Source: Patescibacteria group bacterium
GTDB taxonomy: Bacteria; Patescibacteriota; WWE3; UBA101185; UBA10185
Reading direction: 5' to 3'
Assembly: GCA_049322215.1 (NCBI GenBank)
Contig: JBMORU010000001.1
Location: 324,023 to 388,022 of the forward strand
Length of the DNA stretch: 64,000 bases
Position numbers and translations under genes: made by a program. A model generated the notes under the pieces. The model saw nothing but the letters and a program-made list of their open reading frames with translations, was not told the DNA's origin and searched no databases. Positions 57,467-64,000 of this stretch are shown piece by piece. Positions within the stretch are counted from its first letter, which is position 1, and the number at the start of each line of letters is the position of its first letter.

Positions 57467-58141
57467 TTGACCATGTTTAAGTTCTTTTCTTTATTTTTTT
57501 TAGTATTTCCCTTAGTGTATGCACAAGAGGCAAACTATATTCAAATTACAGCCTTGAGAAATTATCCCAATTTAGAAAGCAGTATTGATTTTGAGTTTTC
57601 GGGCAATATTCAAAATTACAAAGTACGGCCAAGAGTAAGTAGTGGCTCTGTTAGCGTTTATGACTCCAAAAATGATAAATGGGTTAACTCTACAGAGGTA
57701 TGGAGTAATTTACCTGACATAAATAGCATAATGTCATTTAAATTTACTGGAAATGCTACTAAAGAGTTGCATTTTGAACTTTTTAATATAAACAACGGCT
57801 TAATATATACCTCCGATACATTTAAGGTTAAAGGAGCTACCTACCAAGAACATAAAGTAGACCATATAAATAATTCTCTTAACGAGAACTCAACTAAACT
57901 GCAAGTTTCTAAAGAAAAGTTTGAGCTTTCAGAAACTTCTGTAATTAAACAAAGTAGTATATCTAAGTTAAGTCTATACTACTTACTTGGCAGTTATCTT
58001 GTTAGTGCAGTAATTGGTGTAATTATTAAAAAGCTTAATATAGTGATAAAATTAGCAAATGCTGTACCGGCTTATAAAAAGGTGGTTACCTTCTATATTG
58101 TTAATATCCGTGATTTTTTACTTTTCCACGCTAGAGGGTAG
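57467..58141 (+). CDS. Secreted or C-terminally anchored hypothetical protein
   Basis: Signal peptide (VYA-Q) and C-terminal TM. Confidence 0.7.
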   Translation: MTMFKFFSLFFLVFPLVYAQEANYIQITALRNYPNLESSIDFEFSGNIQNYKVRPRVSSGSVSVYDSKNDKWVNSTEVWSNLPDINSIMSFKFTGNATKELHFELFNINNGLIYTSDTFKVKGATYQEHKVDHINNSLNENSTKLQVSKEKFELSETSVIKQSSISKLSLYYLLGSYLVSAVIGVIIKKLNIVIKLANAVPAYKKVVTFYIVNIRDFLLFHARG

Positions 58142-58436
58142 CGAAGTAAAACAAGCAGGTTTAGATTCTGAGTCATATCATATTTGGGGTCACATGTTAA
58201 TTTACATGCTTTTAGTGGTTGCTCTTTACCGAGGTATAAAAAGAATTGTTAGTGCTGCAGGGCTGTCTTTTTTGTATGGTTTGAGTTTAGAATATTATCA
58301 GAGTTTTATCCCAGGCAGAGCTCCACAGTGGTTTGATGTTGGTGTGAATGGATTTGGTATATTAATTTCTGCTATTTTCCTATGGAGATTTTATCAAAAT
58401 CTACCGAAGATACTAAAAACTTGGTTAGAAGTTTAA
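58059..58436 (+). CDS. VanZ family membrane protein
   Basis: W.P......IFYFS, H...Y..L, YG...E..QSF.PGR.....DV..N..G. Confidence 0.85.
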   Translation: MLYRLIKRWLPSILLISVIFYFSTLEGSEVKQAGLDSESYHIWGHMLIYMLLVVALYRGIKRIVSAAGLSFLYGLSLEYYQSFIPGRAPQWFDVGVNGFGILISAIFLWRFYQNLPKILKTWLEV

Positions 58437-58825
58437 TTCAACCTATAAAACCTGGTACAATAATTTTGCTTCATGGTGATCTAGGAAGCGGTAAAACTAC
58501 CTTTACACGTTATTTGGTAGAAAGTTTAGGTTTTGATTCTAAAGTACAAAGTCCCACATTCGTTTTAATGCGACAATATAAAGCTTCTAATGCTAAATCA
58601 GATATACATAAAATAAATCATTTAGACTTGTATAGACTTTCTTCTTTAGATGAGGCTGAGGACTTAGGACTATTAGAACTTTTAAGCGACACTTCTGCTA
58701 TTACTATTGTGGAATGGCCGGAAACTGCCTTGCCTATTTTTGATAAATTTGGGAAAAAAGTGATAAATGTCTATTTTGAATATTTATCTATGAATGAACG
58801 TAGAATTAAAGTAAAAGGAATATAA
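58382..58825 (+). CDS. tsaE: tRNA t6A biosynthesis ATPase TsaE
   Basis: L.GDLGSGKTTF, V.SPTF.L...Y, H.DLYRL, VEWPE. Confidence 0.96.
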   Translation: MEILSKSTEDTKNLVRSLIQPIKPGTIILLHGDLGSGKTTFTRYLVESLGFDSKVQSPTFVLMRQYKASNAKSDIHKINHLDLYRLSSLDEAEDLGLLELLSDTSAITIVEWPETALPIFDKFGKKVINVYFEYLSMNERRIKVKGI

Positions 58826-59143
58826 ATGTATAAAATATTTATTGACTCAACTAAACGTTTTGAAAAACAAGTTAGCTTGTTTTCAGATGGCAAAGAAATC
58901 GCACATAAGCAAGGGGACATTGATATTGTTGCATCAATTGATTCCCTTTTGAAGGAGTCAAACTTATCGACAAAAGATATCCAAATTTTTGATGTAAATA
59001 AAGGCCCTGGGTCTTTTACAGGGTTAAAAATAGGTGTAACAATTGCCAATGTATTAAATTGGGCACTTAAAGGCATACCTGTTTCAGACTTAGTTTTACC
59101 AGATTATGGGAAAGACCCTAATATTCAACCTCGTAAATCTTGA
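58826..59143 (+). CDS. tsaB: TsaB N-terminal-domain-only protein
   Basis: IDST, I..LL......DI....V..GPGSFTGL.IGV..AN.L; ends after 105 aa. Confidence 0.85.
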   Translation: MYKIFIDSTKRFEKQVSLFSDGKEIAHKQGDIDIVASIDSLLKESNLSTKDIQIFDVNKGPGSFTGLKIGVTIANVLNWALKGIPVSDLVLPDYGKDPNIQPRKS

Positions 59144-61016
59144 CTTCATTATTTGTAACTTTTTCTTTGGCTATTTGTGAAAACACTTTATTATCATATT
59201 CTTCGCTAATTATATATTTTGCGTTGTATTTTTTTAGCAAATTTAAAACTTCATTTGTATCGTTTGAGAAAAATATCAAATTAATATCTTTTTTTCTTTC
59301 TTCAATATCTTGCGTGTTATTTCTCCAGCCCATTTCGTGGTTTGCCCATCCTAATATTGTTGGAACACCAGAAAATGTTGTGTATAGAGATTTATTATCG
59401 TTTGCATTTCCATAAAATTCTGCAGTTACAGAACTTGACGGCAAACTTTGTAAAAATTTTACGCCTTCTTTTTGACTTTTGCTTAAAAAACTTGTTCCTT
59501 CTAAAGTACTGTTTGTACCTGCATAAAAGGTCCCAAGTATCAAAAACGATGGGTAAATTACACTCATAACAATGACTAGTTCTATGAACAAATATTTAAA
59601 CTTATGCAAGCGGGATTGTACATGCGTTTGTAATATTTCTGTCACCATAATTGCTGAGCTTATTCCCCATAATATCCATGCTTGATACCATAGTTTGTAT
59701 AAAGTATTGGCTCGGTAAAATGGTGTGTTTTCAGAAAAGTAAATATCTTTAACAAAAACCAACTCTCCTATCAAAATAAGCACCAGTGCTGTTAGCAACG
59801 TTGTAGCAATAGTTTTATTTTTTAAATTTTTAAAATAAAAAAAGTAAAACATAGTTATTAAAGCAAAACTACCAAACATTAACCCAATTGCCTTGAAACC
59901 AGAGAAGTTTGTATTTAAACCTATACCCTGAACAGGTACTTTAAATGTTTGTAAAAAGGGTAATACCAAAATAATTGACACCAATAGTGGAATAGCAAAA
60001 TACTTGAAGCCAATTAGCTCTTGCTTTTTGCGTTTATATATTAATATACCAATTCCTAGAAAAACTAGGTAGATAAAAAAATCCCAACTATTTATTAAAT
60101 ACATTAAGGCAAATGCTATTCCTAAAAAATATTGTGCGTTTCGGCTTTTTTCGCTTAAAGATAAAAATATTAAACAAATTGTAAAAATAACTACAGGAAT
60201 ATTCATTACGTGAGCATGAATACCCCCTCCAAAGAAACTATAAGAAGGCATATCATTTATTGTGTAAGGTACTATTCTAGTCGTTTTAGAAAAGTCTAAA
60301 TCTATGCCTGTGGGGTTTGCAAAAAGTAAAATGATTGAATACATATTCCCACTAAGTACTACAAAAAGTACTGTTAAAAGGCCTGTTAAGTATTTTTTTG
60401 AAATTAAAACACCAAGTCCGAAAACTGAAGTTACTGTTTGTGCAAATATTCCCGCAAAACCAAGATTAAAGGCAACTTCTGGAATAGTACTTGTTAACTT
60501 AGTCAGAGTAGCTAAAGTTAAGTGTCCAAAATAATAATAATTTATAGACTTTCCTGAAAACCAAATATCTATAGGAGGCATATGCTCAAATTTAACTAAG
60601 CTATTAAAAATAGCGAAATTGGTGAAGTCTTCGGGTTTTATGAGTTTTCCAAAGTTAGTAGTTAAATAGAAAAGCATAAAAAAGAAGCTGATTACAAACA
60701 TAAGCTCAGATATGGCGAAAACTTTAATTGTATTAAAACTAAATGCGCGGTGTCTATGAAACATGGCTAATGCAATTGCTATAAGGCTTAGTAATAGTAA
60801 TACTATAATTGTTAGTTTTTGACTAAATGCTGTTATATTTGCTATAGAAATAAGCCATGCTATGTAGCTTATCAGTGCAACTCCTAAAACCTTTCCAAAA
60901 AAAACACTTAATTTTAAGTTTTTGGTTGAGGAGTATAAAATTATTGTTCCGATGATTCCTAAGTATAAATATGTCGAATACCAAAGTAACACCTGACCTA
61001 AGTTTTCATAAGACAT
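59118..61016 (-). CDS. DUF2298 (Chlor_Arch_YYY) multi-TM protein, putative GT-C glycosyltransferase
   Basis: PP.D.WFSG..INYYYFGH, TR.VP.TIN..P.YSF.....HAH, NSWD, R.NT..K..YQ.W, GW..HE..WR. Confidence 0.9.
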   Translation of the reverse strand: MSYENLGQVLLWYSTYLYLGIIGTIILYSSTKNLKLSVFFGKVLGVALISYIAWLISIANITAFSQKLTIIVLLLLSLIAIALAMFHRHRAFSFNTIKVFAISELMFVISFFFMLFYLTTNFGKLIKPEDFTNFAIFNSLVKFEHMPPIDIWFSGKSINYYYFGHLTLATLTKLTSTIPEVAFNLGFAGIFAQTVTSVFGLGVLISKKYLTGLLTVLFVVLSGNMYSIILLFANPTGIDLDFSKTTRIVPYTINDMPSYSFFGGGIHAHVMNIPVVIFTICLIFLSLSEKSRNAQYFLGIAFALMYLINSWDFFIYLVFLGIGILIYKRKKQELIGFKYFAIPLLVSIILVLPFLQTFKVPVQGIGLNTNFSGFKAIGLMFGSFALITMFYFFYFKNLKNKTIATTLLTALVLILIGELVFVKDIYFSENTPFYRANTLYKLWYQAWILWGISSAIMVTEILQTHVQSRLHKFKYLFIELVIVMSVIYPSFLILGTFYAGTNSTLEGTSFLSKSQKEGVKFLQSLPSSSVTAEFYGNANDNKSLYTTFSGVPTILGWANHEMGWRNNTQDIEERKKDINLIFFSNDTNEVLNLLKKYNAKYIISEEYDNKVFSQIAKEKVTNNEVKIYEVEY

Positions 61017-61076
61017 ACAACAATTATATATAATTGCCTTTATACAATACAGCTTAAATGATAGAATAATCCCGTT

Positions 61077-62051
61077 ATGAAAGTACTAATCACAGGTGTT
61101 GCAGGTTTTATAGGTTCAAATTTAGCGGAATATTTACTAAATAATGATTACGAAGTGGTAGGTATAGATAACTTTAATGAGTTTTATAAACGAAAAATTA
61201 AAGACTATAACATTAAAGACTTTGTTAACAATCCAAATTTTAAGTTGTACGAAATAGATATTACCGATGAAGCCTCTTTAGAAAATACTTTTAAAGAGGA
61301 AAGTGGTTTTGATGCCGTAGTTCACTTAGCTGCTTGGGCAGGGGTTACGCTTTCTATAGAAAAAGCTGTTGTTTATGTAAAAAACAATGTAGAGGGTACC
61401 GTAAAACTTTTGGATACTATGGTTAAATATGATACTAAGAATATAATTTTTGCTTCTACATCTTCTGTTTACGGAAATAATCCAACGCCATTTAAAGAAA
61501 ACATGATCACAGATCACCCCTTTGCGCCGTATCCTGCTACAAAAAAGGCCTGTGAAATTATGCTTAGCACCTATTCTAGAAATTTTGGTGTTAACGTTAG
61601 TGTTTTTAGAATTTTTAATCCGTTAGGTCCTAGAGTAAGACCCGACTTGGCGATGCCTAAACTTATTAGGTCTTGTTTATATGGCACTGAGTTTCCACAA
61701 TACCAGGACTCAGAAAAAACCGGGCGTGATTACACTTATGTGAAACATCTTTTTGAAGCTATGGAATATGTTTTTCAACATCCTTTTACCTACGAAATTT
61801 TCAATGTTGGTAATTCTTCACCTGTTACTTTAGGAGAATTAGTTAATACAGTAGAAAAGGTAGTGGGTAAAAAAGCAAATATCAAAGCTATGCCTCAACG
61901 TCAGGGTGAAATGGTTCAAACCTATGCAGATATAAGTAAAGCAAAGTCTATGCTAAACTACAATCCTTCTACTACAATAGAAGAAAGCGTTAGTATTTAT
62001 TACGAATGGTTTATAGCCCAGGAAGACTGGTATAAAAAAGGTGAATTTTAG
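61077..62051 (+). CDS. NAD-dependent sugar epimerase (UDP-glucuronate 4-epimerase-like)
   Basis: TGVAGFIGS, HLAA.AGV..S, ASTSSVYG, Y.ATKKA.E, RPDLA, RDYTY. Confidence 0.92.
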   Translation: MKVLITGVAGFIGSNLAEYLLNNDYEVVGIDNFNEFYKRKIKDYNIKDFVNNPNFKLYEIDITDEASLENTFKEESGFDAVVHLAAWAGVTLSIEKAVVYVKNNVEGTVKLLDTMVKYDTKNIIFASTSSVYGNNPTPFKENMITDHPFAPYPATKKACEIMLSTYSRNFGVNVSVFRIFNPLGPRVRPDLAMPKLIRSCLYGTEFPQYQDSEKTGRDYTYVKHLFEAMEYVFQHPFTYEIFNVGNSSPVTLGELVNTVEKVVGKKANIKAMPQRQGEMVQTYADISKAKSMLNYNPSTTIEESVSIYYEWFIAQEDWYKKGEF

Positions 62052-62071
62052 CCTGCTCAGATAAGGACATT

Positions 62072-63031
62072 ATGAGTAAATTAGTATCAATAATAATACC
62101 CTGCTACAACGAAGAAAAAAACATTAATAGGACTTTTGAAGGTTTAATGAAACTGGCTGAAACACACAAGTACGATTTTGAAATTATTGCTGTAAACGAT
62201 GGAAGCAAAGATAATACCTGGAACGTAATTAAGGAATATGCCAATAAATATGAAATGATTCAAGGTATTAACTTTATGACCAATTTTGGTCAAAGTTGTG
62301 CTTATCAAGCAGGTTTTGACGCTTCAAAAGGTGACTACGTAATAACTGTGTCTGCTGATTTAGAAATCCCATTGGAAAACATAAACAACGTAATAGATAA
62401 ACTGGATGAAGGTTACGATTTTGTTAATACACACAGAGTAGGACGTTGGTCTGATGAAAAGGCATCTAGGCAGGCAAAAAGCGGTATGGCTAATAAAATT
62501 ATTACTGCTATTTCTGGTGTACATATGAACGATAGAGGTTCGGGACTTAAAGGCTTTAAGCGCGTAATTATAGATAATCTACGTCTTTATGGAGAAATGC
62601 ACCGTTTTATTCCTGATTACGTTTCAGTATATGGAGCAAAAATGACCGAGTTTGAAGTGGAATTTAAAGATAGAGATTTTGGCACTTCAGCATACTCTGG
62701 ACACAAAAGAACTATAAAAGTGCTCTTAGATTTAGTAACACTAGCCTTTATGTTGCAGTTTGCTAAAAAGCCTTTCTTAATGAAGCCTGGGCGTTTATTC
62801 GGTGCTACTGGGGCCGTTATATCAGGATTTGGATTTTTAATTGGCATTTATCTTACTGTGCTTAAATTAATGGGGGAAAGTATAGGGGGAAGACCCTTAC
62901 TACTTGTAGGCGCTATATTAATTATTGTTGGTATCCAGTCAATTATGCTTGGTATGTTTGGTGAGTTGCTTGTACGAATTTACTTTGAATCGTCAGGTAG
63001 AAAAACATACACAGTAAGAGAAAACGCATAA
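62072..63031 (+). CDS. GT2 polyprenol-phosphate glycosyltransferase (ArnC/DPM-like)
   Basis: IIPCYNEE.N, VNDGS.D.T, NFGQ..A..AG, LYGEMHRFIP, two C-terminal TMs. Confidence 0.93.
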   Translation: MSKLVSIIIPCYNEEKNINRTFEGLMKLAETHKYDFEIIAVNDGSKDNTWNVIKEYANKYEMIQGINFMTNFGQSCAYQAGFDASKGDYVITVSADLEIPLENINNVIDKLDEGYDFVNTHRVGRWSDEKASRQAKSGMANKIITAISGVHMNDRGSGLKGFKRVIIDNLRLYGEMHRFIPDYVSVYGAKMTEFEVEFKDRDFGTSAYSGHKRTIKVLLDLVTLAFMLQFAKKPFLMKPGRLFGATGAVISGFGFLIGIYLTVLKLMGESIGGRPLLLVGAILIIVGIQSIMLGMFGELLVRIYFESSGRKTYTVRENA

Positions 63032-63051
63032 ATTAATGCATAGTTTTTAAT

Positions 63052-63600
63052 ATGAAGCTCTCATCAATAGCTGCCTTAAATATACTTTTAAAGCTTTTGC
63101 TAATACTAAGTTTTGTCATTGCCTTGTTTTTTGATTTGCCCCAACTTGAGGGTAAAGGTATGTTGTTTAGGGCTCCCTTTTTCATTTTAGGCGCATTTAT
63201 TGTGCCTATTGCTTCGGTTTTTAAGAAACCTGCCAAATATCCTTTTTTTGCCGATATATATTTAACGCTTCCTTTTTTGTTAGACACATTAGGAAACATT
63301 TTTGGCTTATTTGATTCCATAGTTGTTTTTGATGATGTTATTCATATGGTTAATTGGGTTTTTATAGTAATGGCGTTTCAAGCACTTAAATTGGGAAAAA
63401 GATCGCTACTACAAGGAATGTTATTTGGAGTAGGTTTAATTATTATTTGGGAGATTCTTGAATGGACAATATCTGTAGATGGTTTTGGAATTCTAAATGG
63501 TCTTAATCTTTCTTTAGCCGATACTTTAGGTGATTTATTTACTTCTTCATTAGGTTCATTAGTTGGAGCTTATTTTGGAATGAAACACCGGTCTTTATGA
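63052..63600 (+). CDS. Membrane protein (DUF2238-like)
   Basis: FDD..H, WEILEW, DTLGDL motifs in a multi-TM protein. Confidence 0.7.
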   Translation: MKLSSIAALNILLKLLLILSFVIALFFDLPQLEGKGMLFRAPFFILGAFIVPIASVFKKPAKYPFFADIYLTLPFLLDTLGNIFGLFDSIVVFDDVIHMVNWVFIVMAFQALKLGKRSLLQGMLFGVGLIIIWEILEWTISVDGFGILNGLNLSLADTLGDLFTSSLGSLVGAYFGMKHRSL

Positions 63601-63630
63601 ATTATCTTGAAAATTGCTATTATCTTAATA

Positions 63631-64000
63631 ATGCTTAGTCAAATTATTAGAAAACTTAAAAACCTGAATTTTTATACGTGGTTATTTATAGTTGTCTTTA
63701 TAATTGCAGCCTTTTTTGGCTACTACAAAATAGGTTCCGCTTCGATAAATAACGATGCCCACTTTTGGTATACCCGCACTCAAGATTTTTGGTGGGGTAT
63801 ACAGCATGGTAAATTAAATAGAACTTATCAAGATGCTAAACCTGGCGTAACGGTCATGTGGCTTTCAGGATTGAGTTTGGAGGCATTTTTAAACTTATAT
63901 GAAACTGTATTTAAGTTTAGACCCGAAATATATACTCATGCCACTTTTTATTTAGTACACTTTTCAGTTATTGCCCCATTAGTAACTGTTCACTTATTGT
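63631..64000 (+). CDS. Probable GT-C (ArnT/PMT-like) glycosyltransferase, 3'-truncated by window edge
   Basis: Own translation: MLSQII...TM...NDAHFWYTRT..F......RTYQ..KPGVTVMWLSG; the frame is open to the window end. Confidence 0.7.
   Translation, partial: MLSQIIRKLKNLNFYTWLFIVVFIIAAFFGYYKIGSASINNDAHFWYTRTQDFWWGIQHGKLNRTYQDAKPGVTVMWLSGLSLEAFLNLYETVFKFRPEIYTHATFYLVHFSVIAPLVTVHLL

Noticed and set aside
101-63320. Many 60-107 aa ORFs antisense or out-of-frame within long genes (e.g. 101-325, 22345-22638, 36683-37063, 43705-44028, 56663-56968)
   Set aside because: They are shadows of well-supported genes, with no motifs or independent start signals
63597-63638. ATG overlapping the stop of the DUF2238-like gene as start of the last gene
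   Set aside because: That frame closes after 13 codons; the open frame starts at 63631

Overview
This is an AT-rich (roughly 35% GC by eye), gene-dense bacterial chromosome segment. Its gene content and trimmed housekeeping proteins (short IF2, short AlaRS, half-length TsaB, TRAM-less MiaB) point to a Patescibacteria/CPR organism, probably Microgenomates- or WWE3-like (inference). It carries lepA (partial), adk, hrcA-grpE-dnaK, dnaJ, nusA-infB, rpsO-pnp, udg-nudix-rnj-ftsK-rodZ, a VirD4/TraD-like ATPase locus, alaS, an ftsA-like/baseplate-J-like/ruvX operon, miaB-miaA, RNase P RNA, mltG, a large secreted multi-CBM glycoside hydrolase, ftsEX-M23, tsaE-tsaB and the start of a surface glycosylation cluster. 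I saw no CRISPR array, tRNA/rRNA gene, transposase or prophage. The most notable observations are: (1) an alanine T-box riboswitch on alaS with an ultrashort Stem I (apical GCC specifier) whose terminator also buries the SD; (2) a Lon-derived AAA+ motor with no protease domain, in an operon with two membrane-anchored proteins; (3) a circularly permuted M23 peptidase behind ftsEX; (4) pervasive leaderless-type starts (-10 box 5-10 nt before ATG), contrasting with orphan SD-led cassettes that share a CCYATAGT promoter motif; (5) an archaeal-type (COG1107/HAN-like) RecJ nuclease. All family assignments come from motif recognition, not database searches.
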